Assembly (NCBI GenBank): GCA_002633005.1
Contig: NMRA01000086.1
Location: 283,034 to 347,033, forward strand
Source of the DNA: Phoronis australis
Taxonomy: Eukaryota; Animalia; Phoronida
Length of the DNA stretch: 64,000 nt
Reading direction: 5' to 3'
Position numbers and translations under genes: made by a program. Shown in pieces: positions 1-11,200 of this stretch. Within the stretch, counting starts at the first letter, position 1; the number at the start of each line of letters is the position of its first letter. The notes beneath the pieces were generated by a model. The model saw only the letters and a list, made by a program, of their open reading frames with translations. It searched no databases and was not told the origin of the DNA.

Positions 1-155
1 TGCATCGAACTGAAGAGTTACTGTGGGAAAATATGCGCTAATCTGACACATTTCTCAGGACTACTAGGCAGACTACACAGTACACACATGTGCTGTCTCA
101 GTGAGAGAAGATTAACTTGTTAGAAGGCGATGTGAGATAGTGGTTTACTACTCAC

Positions 156-560
156 CAGAGTGAACTGTTCTGAGTTAGTTCCTGTCATACTTTGCAACAT
201 ATGCAAGTAACATTTTTTCCATCGTTCAGACTGCAACAAAAGACATCAAAATTTGTATCAAAGCCGTCAACTTGACATTGCACAACATCCAACTAGCGAA
301 ACGACTGCAGAATCAAAAGAAAAGATCACTACTAGTTTGTATTATTAGACGAGTCATTTTCAGATTTCACTGAGCAAAGGTAACAATCTACCTCGTGGAT
401 GGACCTGTTTTAAGAAATCAATGGCTACAATTACCTGAGGGCGCGTGAAGTCATTGTCGCTGATGATTAGTTCTGGCCAAATGTCATGCACAATTGGTAA
501 CAGCTCGTCAGGCTTGAGAATGGGAAATAAGTAGTCTAGTGTTGTCTGTTGTTGACTCAT
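156..560 (-). CDS. NUF2: Kinetochore protein NUF2, first two coding exons (partial; gene runs off the left edge)
   Basis: Exon 560-435 (ATG; MSQQQTTLDYLFPILKPDELLPIVHDIWPELIISDNDFTRPQ; donor GTAA) and exon 230-156 (SERWKKCYLHMLQSMTGTNSEQFTL; cag/GTGAG), both phase 0. The FP...I...D...P pattern and exon sizes resemble the NUF2 N-terminal CH domain. An acceptor at 569-570 implies an upstream non-coding exon. Confidence 0.65.
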
Positions 561-1036
561 CCTTCCCGCTAGAAAGTATTTAGAACAGAACAAATAATTG
601 ATTTGGGTCCATTTCAATAGATAGCTGTAAGTCCAACTCTTATATTAGTAATTGATTGGCATCTCAACAATTAAGTTTTTCACATTATGTCACGCCATCA
701 AATAGGCTGAGGAAAATCTCACTATTTTTGAACAAGTCTGCTAGCATTGCTATGAATGCCCCACAGTTCCTCAAAACATTGCCCAATGGTATGGTAGGCT
801 GAGATTGATAAAACCTATATTTTATGATACTTATTTTGGCCGCCATACTTTATCCTAAATTGGTGGGATTTTAACATCGAGTGGACAACAGAGGCTATGA
901 TTCACCAAAAACACGTCTACAACATTCCCCTTTCCTACGGAAGGTGAACACCAGATTGTCTCACATACAGCCGGTAATCAACTTCCGTTGGCTATCACAA
1001 CACAGGTAAACACTAGACAGTAAAGTTATTAGCATT

Positions 1037-1765
1037 GGTACAAAGCTGTATACTAAATATACAGCTTTGCACCGATGTGGTTAAAAAATTGGTAAGATAA
1101 AATCTGACACAAAATTAGAGTCATTAAAAACTACAGTCTTCCTTGAGTAAACAAAATTATTTAACAGTGTTGGAAAAAATGGCGTTTTACCGTTATTCTG
1201 CTGCTTAAGTTGTGGAGCAATTTTTAGAGACGGCTTTCGGCGCCATGAAATATTGTGTCACCTATTGGCCACTTTCTTTATTCGCCGGTTCTTCAATCAA
1301 CTGTCGTTCTTTCATGAGCTTGCGTACACATCACAACAAATTATTGGAACTAGTTTCGCTTCAGTTTTTAGAATTTCAATACCGAAAAACCGAATTTCAG
1401 AACAAATTTTGCTTCTCCGAAGTTGTCGCGAAAATTTAGAAAATGGCGCGTGAAACGAGCGTACTGTTTTCAAAACGACGACATACTTTTCATTGTTAGA
1501 AAAGGCAGAGAGTTACGCAACAAAATGATGTTTATTGCATTGTTTTTCACTTAAACGGCTGTAACAGGCAAGGTGAGTGTCAGTTGATTGCCAGATTTTG
1601 CATGCACCCCGTCCAGTCTTTAGCTTTACATTTTGATACAAATTTCACGGCGAGGTGACGAGCAGAACTACCCTGGCTGTGAGCAATTTCGAGGTCTACG
1701 GAAGAAATACACACAGTGGTACCTAGCTGTATTTTGACAATAGTCTTAATACAGCTAGCTGGCTG
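1037..1765. mobile_element. Dispersed DNA-transposon-like repeat (arm of a large foldback family)
   Basis: Long co-linear match to 19380-20117, and inverted matches at ~21310-21765 and ~41720-41830. Begins with the palindrome caaagctgtata-ctaaa-tatacagctttg. Confidence 0.8.
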
Positions 1766-2113
1766 GTTAATGTTCACCTAGTTTTGCGTCAAGGTTAGGT
1801 GGCCACGGGCAAGGTTGTTTCTCATACAGGTGCTCGACTTCCAGAAAAAACGATAAGCATGGTAACCATTTGGCTAAGCCGCTAAGCTGCTAATAGGCTG
1901 CTAAGTAGCACCATCGTCTCAACTGGGCTGCTAGGCAACAAGTAGCCCCTCGGTTGGCCTGCGGCATTCAGGGCGATGCAATTGCCAAGAGTGGGCTGCA
2001 GGCAGTTGCCTGTTACTAATGTATTGTTAGCGATAGCTGATTGTGTGGTTAGCGAGCGGGTAACCTAACAAAGGTTCATTCACCGGAAGCACGTTCATCA
2101 TAGTGGTATGAAA

Positions 2114-2250
2114 GTGCTTCCGTTGAATCATATACGAGCCTCTGTTAGCCACTCGCTAACAGGCAATTGCCTATTAGCAGTATTAGCTGAATGGTTAGCA
2201 CACTCGCCGGTTAAATCGGGGTCGCTGGTTCGATTCCCGAGGTCGGGCAA
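2114..2250 (+). mobile_element. tRNA-derived repeat (A/B boxes) with a conserved 5' extension
   Basis: A-box TAGCTGAATGG and B-box GGTTCGATTCC, but no clean cloverleaf. Copies at ~20682-20810 (+) and ~40390-40515 (-); an inverted partial copy at ~2001-2092. Confidence 0.65.
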
Positions 2251-2720
2251 TCTCGGATATTACGACAATAGAGGCATTACATTGTTTGTGGGCGTTGCAG
2301 ACAGCTAAGGGCTATGTGTTGCCTACAACAAGTCACCACTCTAAGCCTTAAGTAGGCCTTCCACTCATTCAAGTCAATGCCAATGGCAATGCCATTGGCA
2401 ATGGGTGCCGAGCCCGAGGTAGGCTACTGACCGTGTATTTTTGCACATGACATAGAAATATAAAAAATACACCCGAGTCCGAAATGTTACATACTTTCGG
2501 AGTATTGAATCTTCAGAGTAGTGGGTTGCTCCCCTCAAATTCACTAGTTAGGACTCACGGAATTTACTTACAGTGACAAGACGAAGACCAGATTCGGAAA
2601 ACGTTTAGATTTGACTTAGCGGGCTTCTGTTAATTTTATATTTGGTACATACGGGAAACTGTCATACGGACGAATCACAGGACAGCAAAAGACAAGGTCA
2701 AGGACAAATGACGTTGTAGA

Positions 2721-2841
2721 GTTCAGTAACCCTAGGACCTTGCTAGGTATGAAAATTTCGCGAGATTACGTGAGATATTGCCGTGTATTTCAAAGGAAAA
2801 CACGTGATTAAGTGAGGTGCGTAGATCCTAGCGTTACTCAA
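2721..2841. mobile_element. Small MITE
   Basis: Termini agtaaccctagga / tcctagcgttact are inverted. An inverted homologous copy lies at ~12857-12983. Confidence 0.55.
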
Positions 2842-4877
2842 CTCAACCATGGAGTTCTATTAGAGATTGGGGACCGAACGGGGCGGGTCTCCTCAACACT
2901 TCTACGTATATAAAAAGGCGATTCTTAGCAATGACCTATATACATAGCTATATGTATCTCATTGATTCTTAGTACCATTAAACATTACCTAGAGTTTTAT
3001 TAGAGTAGGCCTATAGCACGAAAGCCGAAATGATATTAGATAGGGGCGGGATCCAGGATTTTTTTTCACCACACGGCCACATTTAATTAGCGAGCGATAA
3101 TCGCATGGTCGGCGTACTTATGGGAAATCTCGACAATACCCACACCAGGAGATCCAACGAAATTTCAACGATTTTATTACTTAATACCAATAAGGACGGT
3201 GGTCTTAGTAAACTAAACTGACATGGCTACATGAGCTAATACCTTTAATTATTCCCACTTCCTGTCCCCCGTTCATTTTCTCTCGATCCTCGAAAGCTAG
3301 TGTTTTTTAGATATATATTTACCGTGTTTTAACTGCTTCTACATTGTCTAATTTTATCCGGTCTCGACATTCGTCATTTTAACTTGAATGAATTATAGCA
3401 ATCTTGTCACCATCCCTTCAAAATATTCCGAATCCACATTAACTACTTCGTGTTTGAAGTTTCAGCTGGCAAAGACGGACAGGCCTGAAGACTATCAAGA
3501 CGTGGGCGTAATACACATATCTACGAAACGCAACTCGGGATTAAGTGATTGTAAACAGTAGATAAATCTAGTACTGGGGATGAAAAGTGACACGAAATGA
3601 TAGTTCAGGAGCGCCATAACTGTTCATTAAGAACTCGAATGCCTGGTACAACTCTTGTTATAGCGCGACGATTCAGTTTGTGCACAGTATTGCTGTACTA
3701 GCCAACGGTCCCGCTTTTAGGGGCAGGTCTATCCCTCTTCTGGTCCAATCCCGCCACACCATCAACATGTTCCGCTTAATTTTGACACACGGCGAAATTG
3801 ATTTAGTAGCAGATATTATGATTCTTCTCACGATGTAGCTCTATCTGCTCGGCTTCTGTTCTTCTAATTAAAACGCAAATAAACGAGCGTTTTGGGGTGT
3901 TGCAGCACCCATATTTTACCATTCGACCAAGTAACACAAAAATACGCTGTTTGACCGTTGTACGATTTTCGGGTGTTGCGGCGAACATTTCAACCTTTCG
4001 TTTTGGGATTAACCAAGCCGTTCCGCTTCATAACCGGATGTTATGCCTTTTCAATCTAGGTATCCTGTTTTTTCGTTTTCGAATGTTGGCAATTACTTAA
4101 ATAGAGGCTTCTTTTTAGAGAACGTATCATATGCACAATGTGATATCCGTCACAGACTTCCATCTGTTTCACTCAGTAAGTGATTGGTCACAGTAGGTGA
4201 AATTAACCTTTAAGGAATAAAATGTGACACGAAAGAAAAGTTCAGCAACGCCAGACATTAAATTGGCACACAGTACGGCATACTAGGCCTTGCGCTGAGG
4301 GTCTGGAAATATAACAATATAGCCAGAATATAACCTGCGCGATATTTCCAAAATTAGAGTGTTGTCTTCATGTCTAAAAGACGCATTTAACTTTTGGATG
4401 TCATTTTCGATTAACACCTTTCTGATAGCTAGCCCATCTAGAACTTGTGTCTTTCAATTGTTAGCGAAAATTTTGATGCGCAAAACAGTAGAATTGCACA
4501 GTTGTAAAGATCTAAGACAGTCTTGATGATTTGTGGGATTTCGCAAGATTTCAAATGCGCTTAATATCAATAATTTTTTAATATACTAATAACAGTTTTG
4601 TGAAAAAGATCTCAAGTTGGCTTTAACTTGTTGTGGAATGCTAGGATATTAAGCTGTCTTTTAATTCCTCAGCACTTACCACTGTTTGTTGTATGTTTCT
4701 AACTCCTACGTCGTGATTTCCAACTCCACTTATTTTAAAATGCATTTTACAATATTCAAGAGAAAGACTGAAAACAGTGGGTTGCTGAGATTTCATGTAC
4801 TAATAAACACAGAAAAATCAGAACTCCCAACATTTTATAACAGAATTATTTATTAAAATGTGATTGAACACGCACCC

Positions 4878-5213
4878 GGGGTCTAATTTCCGTACTCGAA
4901 ATCGAATTTGATTTTTTGACGTTTTCTGTTCTACTTTTGTGCGAACTCAAGATAAGTGTGTATTACTCTGTGCTCGAGAACGGTGTGGCTTGCGGGAATG
5001 ACTGTCTAATCTTAGCCTGCCCTAGATGACCCAAGGATTAACGAGTCTGAACTGAAATTTATAGCTCGACTCTATGGGCCATCAAGCGTAAACTAGACAT
5101 TCATGAGCATAAACAATAGCATACTCGAGCTCAGAAAAATAGACACTGATCTTGAGTTCGTATAAGTGAAAATATTTTGTCAAAAACAATTTCGAGAACA
5201 AAATTTAGACGCC
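4878..5213. mobile_element. Degenerate foldback MITE in the putative ELOVL 3' UTR
   Basis: Arms of ~100 bp (4878-4978 vs 5124-5213), e.g. cgaactcaagataagtgt / acactgatcttgagttcg, with weaker pairing continuing toward a centre near 5057. Confidence 0.65.
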
Positions 5214-5266
5214 TTACTACAAATTGACGCCATTCCAAAATGACAAAAAATTACGTCAAACAGTGG

Positions 5267-8200
5267 TCAAGATTCTTTGATGTGTTCCTTTCCATTGCAT
5301 GAGCGTTCTTCATTATGCTTTGTCCCATTTCGCATCTCTTTCTTGGCGTAGGCGTGTATGAAAAAGTTGGCAAACAAAACGATGTATGTTGCCAGCTGAG
5401 CTATGACTAGCCACGCCGCCCATCGGGGATAATCACATGCCGAATACAAACTGTAGATAGCGTGGATAAGTAGGATGAAGAACTGAATCTGAAAAGAAAT
5501 AACAGTGTGTGAATGCAACTCAAAGAGACATTACCGGTTTTGAGATTAATGTTGGATGGGATAGATTTCTGGAAGCTATTAACTTTGCCGACAATTGTGA
5601 AACAACGAAACTCCTTCTGTTTTTGTGATTTGATATCAAATCGCCCATTCTTGTTGTAGTTGACTGCCAGACACTCTAGTTAAGGCCGCATTTCACTCCG
5701 AATTCGTGCCATTTTCGAATTTGGAATTTCAGAGTCGTCCAACCCTAGGTTCTGATGACTTTTCTCGAGTTGCTGGTGGTTTTGATGTTCTTTTTGACAA
5801 CGTAGATATAATTATATCGCGGTAAGGAATATTATGAGAGTAAAAGACCTAGTTCGGTTTTTGTCATCTAAACAGGATGAAATGCAGTTTTAAATGCGCC
5901 TAAAATTCTCTGGCTTTTTTCAAATTGGACTTAGGTCCCCCAGCAGAGCGTTAAATTGCCACCGCGGGGGTTTAAGGTTCAATTCTACGCTGAGCCTGAT
6001 TTCAGACAAGATAGTGTCTCTTTAAAAGCTACTTCGGATGATCAGAGGCTGACGTAAGCCAAAGGTTTCCACGTTTTCAATTTAGTCACAGCAATGCTGA
6101 AGTTTTACTCTTGCGTTATCAATAAAAAACTGGAAAAAATAAAAAATACCGATGCTGTTTTCTCAATGTTTACATTTAATCTGAGCTGGTGATAATGGAA
6201 GGTCGAAATCCAATTTTCGCTGCTCGCCACAGAGATATTGCTTAGTCTCAGCATATCAACTTGAATCAATTAGTGTGATACAACGTGCCTGCATTTTAAG
6301 AACCAATTTGATGCCCGTTATGTAGTAGGGGAAACTGGTTCTCAAAATTCGGGCACGTTACATCAGACCATTACCCAATTGCAAACAACAGATCAATTTC
6401 GATCTGCAATAACCTCACAATTCTGGCCACGCATCACTTGACAATACTGTAGCCATGGCCACGCATCACTTGACAATACTGTAGCCATGGCCACGCATCA
6501 CTTGACAATACTGTAGCCATGGCCACGCATCACTTGACAATACTGTAGCCGTGGCCACGAATCACTTGACAATACTGTAGCCATGGCCACGCATCACTTG
6601 ACAATACTGTAGCCATGGCCACGAATCACTTGACAATACTGTACTTACAAGTTGTAACTTGGTAAGATGACGCTTCCACCATAGATATCTCCGGAAAGAA
6701 GGGAAGATACTCAGACCGTAGTACAAATACATGATGGTGTGTACAAGGCTGTTCAATAGAGCACCCAGAACCGCTGGTGATGGAAAAGTAAGGCAGTATG
6801 AGTCCAATCAGTAGATATAGTTAGCAGGACAAATAGTTCTGACGTTGGCTGCACCTACTATATGAATTCAATAAATGCAGCTTTAATATACATGCATGCA
6901 TTCTTTTACGGGTGTTATTTTCCGTTCTTTTGAATTTTGCCAAGTAAGCCTGTCTTATTACTAATAAGCAAGTGCGTTTATAGTATACATAAATACACAC
7001 TACTTAGGCATGCTGACGTAAGATATGCCACGCAGATTATCAAATCAATACCACAGAGGGGGCTCATTTAGGCCCATGCCGATTTTTCATCCGTAATAAA
7101 GTGTTTTTTTAGAAAAAATTTCGGCAAATAGGAGCATGTGCCTAAACTTCCCTTGCATATGTGTAGGGATCCGTACGAGAAACTCGTGAAAACACAAACT
7201 ATGGAAGTATAAAGGCATGGAACACGAAAATACCTTTTAAACAGATCGTGACAAATCTACTTCATAGGGACGCTCACGTAAGAGTTATTCACTTTGAATA
7301 TTGCAAGAATTTGTGGAGAAAATTTTCAGATTCACTATTTTTGAAACAAAGACGAAATAAAAACTCTTTCATACCCATACAGTTTTCAAATTCTTCGCCC
7401 CCTAATAATATATAAATTACATGCTTTGCCGTGTGGGAGAAAATCGATGAAGTGACGAGCAGTTGACGGATGTTTTTAAATTTGAAACCACATAAAAATG
7501 CTATGACATCAACAGAAATTGAAAATCTTTACGAAAAAACCGTAAAAATATCTGCTGAAGAGTTTGATTGCTGTTGTAGTGGCGGAGAACCACAACGAAT
7601 TATACAATTTATTTTGTTTTTCCAAGTTCTATGCCACTTTAAATTTTTTCTTTGCGATATTGCTCATGCTGCTTCGTACATAGACACATATACCTATTCC
7701 TGGAAATACATGCAACTTTGCATATAGGCGCATAGACCTAAATAATCAGATAACGAAAAAATATTCCAATTAAATGTAAAATGCTATTTACTAGAATTGA
7801 AACGTTGCAATTCTTAAAAAGTGTGATAATTGAACATCGATGATAAAAAGGTCAGACTTTTTGCTAGTATACTCACGTTGTCCACCTGGAGTAAAAGCTA
7901 CAATACACCACATGGCGTTGAGCATGCTCACGTGATGGAAAACGTGAAGAAACGTGACTTGTTGGTCCTTCTTTCGTAATATCATGAATACTGTATCGAA
8001 GAAATCCACGGCTTTTGAAATAAAATAGACCCACATTACGTTTGCTATCTGAAATGAAACGTGTACGCGTACTGCTTTGAAAGACGATCAAATGGTAATT
8101 CCTTTTTGGACTTCAAACATACAGTTAGATGTATTGTTCATGTCGAGTTCTGAGATCACCTGCTGACCTTCATGCATTTTCGTTTTGACTGTAAAAATTT

Positions 8201-11200
8201 CGAAGAACAATTATCCCTAAAAGGCTATTTTGACCAACTACTCGCGACTCTCATCAGTTTCAATTAGGTGTCATAAAATGCTGTGCATTATTTAACAAGT
8301 ATCGTACAGCGAAATTATCCTTTCACACAAATTAAAGGCGAAGACAACCTTTTTCATGTCATTTTGAGCTAAAATAAGGTTGGTTGGTTATCCTAGACAT
8401 ATTTTCCACATAATTACATCTTTTCGTAATTTTGTTAATTACTCGCCCGCTACTCCGGAAGTGACGTTTTAGGAGGCAAGCATTTCGCGCCAATTTCTTT
8501 TCATATAGTCTGACTGTGAGAGCTGCCGACTCAGTCATTGTTCCGTCGTCGTTTGCTTTCATTTACTATTCAGTCAACATGCCACACTGTTGCTGCGTAC
8601 CGGGATGTACTAATTATCGTCTGACGCGCGCTTTGGGAGTACCTTTGCATCGCTTTCCGATGGATGACACACTACGCCGTACTTGGCTCGTTCGTGTGAA
8701 GAGCGCAGCGTTACCCGTCCACGCAACGTACAAAGCAGTCGAGAATTACTGTGTGTGTGGCAAACACTTTCTGCCGTCCGATTACGAAAGGGGTTTGTAC
8801 GCTGAACTGATGAAGGTCCCTGCGAAACAACGCCTGAAGCAGGATGCCATTCCGTCCGTGTTGATTCCCGGCAGTGCCCCGTCGCCACCCCCGAGATGTG
8901 CGTTTTTGAAGCGAGAAGCCTCGCGAGCTGTGGCCAGTACAGTGACTGGAGCCAGTGGAGGCACTTCATTTACTGTCACCCGTGCCTCCGAACGTACCCC
9001 AGAGCGTGCCATTCCTGGAACCAGTAGTGATTCGCCCTGTGCTGTTTTCTCCAGCCCAGAGCCTCTAAGCAGCCCTGCAGCGATATTGAGTAGTGGGAGT
9101 GATTACAGGCCCAGTTCGACACCCAGTGAAGAGGACAGTTCGTCGTCCAGTGAACAGATCGGTGAGCCAAACTTTGATAAGTTTATTGTGGACTTGTCTA
9201 AAGTGTTGGAGCTATTTAGAAGGTGCCAGGTGTGTGGCGAGGGAGTCACACGACACAATGTAAGCAGTTTGGGTGCTCAGGTCACCATCCAGTGGGAGTG
9301 TGTCACGGGACACTCTGGCAAGTGGGACAGTTGTTCCTCTGTCCGTGGTATGCCGGAGGTCCACTTAACCATGTCCAGTGGTGTGCTCTTCACTGGAAAC
9401 ACGTTTCAGTCGGTGAAGACAATGATGGACTTTGGAAAAGTCAAGTTTTTTTTCGAAAACAACATTCAACAACATTCAGAATTCCTATTTAATACCAGTT
9501 GTCAATGACGCATACATGTCACAACATCTCGAGTTGGTGGCGGAATTCATGGAGAAGGAGAACTTGTCTGACTCACCAGGGCGGTCCGCCAAGTATACCA
9601 CATACACTCTAATGGAGGAAGAGACCAAAAAGATAATTGATGTGGAACTCGGAACAGCACAAGCATTCAATTGAGGTAGGCATAACAACGCACACAGTGC
9701 ATTTGCACCAAGATGTGTCACCACGTCTGTCTTCAGTAGCCGCCTCGTTTCTCTCAACAGCTGCCTGTGCCTGTGTGTACTCTGCCTCGTTGTACTCGGG
9801 CTCAAACATGTACCCACCCACTGAATGTCCGTGAAAAAATTCTTCGTCACCACTGCTGTGAACAAGGTCTCCGTCACTCACACTACTGTTACTGTGATAC
9901 GGGTCACCGAGTCCAGCAATTTTCAGCTTACAACACTCTAAACAATCCCTAAATCCAATGTAGTTGAGTTCTCTAGTAACCTATGTTGCCGCAGAATACT
10001 CGCCGATATGGAAAGTGGTGGCGACAAGTGTTGAAAAACAGCACAAAACAAAAGTAGAACAGAACAGATTAGCACGGTAAACTCAACGTAAAACCAATTG
10101 TCGGGAAACGCTTGCCTCCTAAAACGTCACTTCCGGAGTAGCGGACGAGTAATTCAAAGTTACGAAAAGCTGTAATTAAGTGGAAATTATGTCTAGGATA
10201 ACCAACCAACCTTATTTTAGCTCAAATTGACATGAAAAAAGGTTGCCTTCGCCTTTAAGGTACGACCACCGAGTTCTAAAGTACTACCGGTACATAAGTT
10301 TGTCACGTGGTCGCCTTTTAGGTTACAGCAGGTTCAGTATAACGTCATATTGACGTTTTGGAACCACACAACTCAGCTGTAGTTTATTTTCAGTGAGATG
10401 GTGGCGAAACAACATCGCATAAATAAACACCTTTTCAAAATATAAACAATTACTCTAATGGGTTAATTATAGTGTAGCTTCACTTACTGAAGTCATTTGA
10501 ATATCTTACATTCACTAGAATGACAAACAATGAATAGCTTGCAAGTAGAACGTGGTCAATATTTACCCGTAGTTCGCTTGAAGATTTCCGTGTCGTGTCG
10601 TTGTAGGGGTCACAGACAAAGTTGTAACCAGCCTGTCGACTGCCAAAGAAAAACTGAAATTGAAATCGAAATTATTACGTAATGGGGTATTACCTACTTT
10701 GCTTCTCGAAACAAACTTTGAGTTCAAGAACAATCACTAAAATGCTTGAAAAGCAACGTCCCCAAGCGTCTGATGGTTTTGCGTATTCACGCCCATAATT
10801 CTGAGCATTAGGACAGCGGGTCCACAATTGTACACTGTTATGTGTCGTATTTATCACTATGTTGCTGCCAACTTAGTTTGAATTCATCATTCCACGGATG
10901 GTAACGTTTTATCATTACACTTTGTAAGTTGAATTGCTGATACCAGAACAAACTACCAACTTGATGGAGCGCATATTATTTTGTTGTTCGTGAAGCTCCG
11001 AAATTTCACGAGTAAAGTGTATGCCGAGACATAGATAGATAGAGAATTTAAAGTGCAAAAACCAACACTTTTTTGACGTGTGACTACATTGTCAGCACCA
11101 TTATTATAACCGTGAATTCCATTTCACAGAAAATAAAAGAAAAACGCCACTTTAATTGAAAGTTCCTTAGCTCCACGGACATAGGTTAGGCGTATGAACT

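Larger units (their letters stand above)
8336..10254. mobile_element. Kolobok-type DNA transposon, internally deleted
   Basis: TTAA at 8332-8335 and 10255-10258. Termini AGGCGAAG...CTTCGCCT. TIRs of ~160 bp (8336-~8495 vs ~10095-10254). Encloses a THAP transposase (+) and a convergent Cys-rich ORF (-). Confidence 0.88.

Noticed and set aside
2175-2250. Functional tRNA gene
   Set aside because: Acceptor and anticodon stems do not pair cleanly, and it occurs as diverged dispersed copies.
8516-9508. Domesticated host THAP gene or P element
   Set aside because: It lies between TIRs with TTAA TSDs, is frameshifted and faces a KolX-like ORF. P elements have 7-8-bp TSDs.
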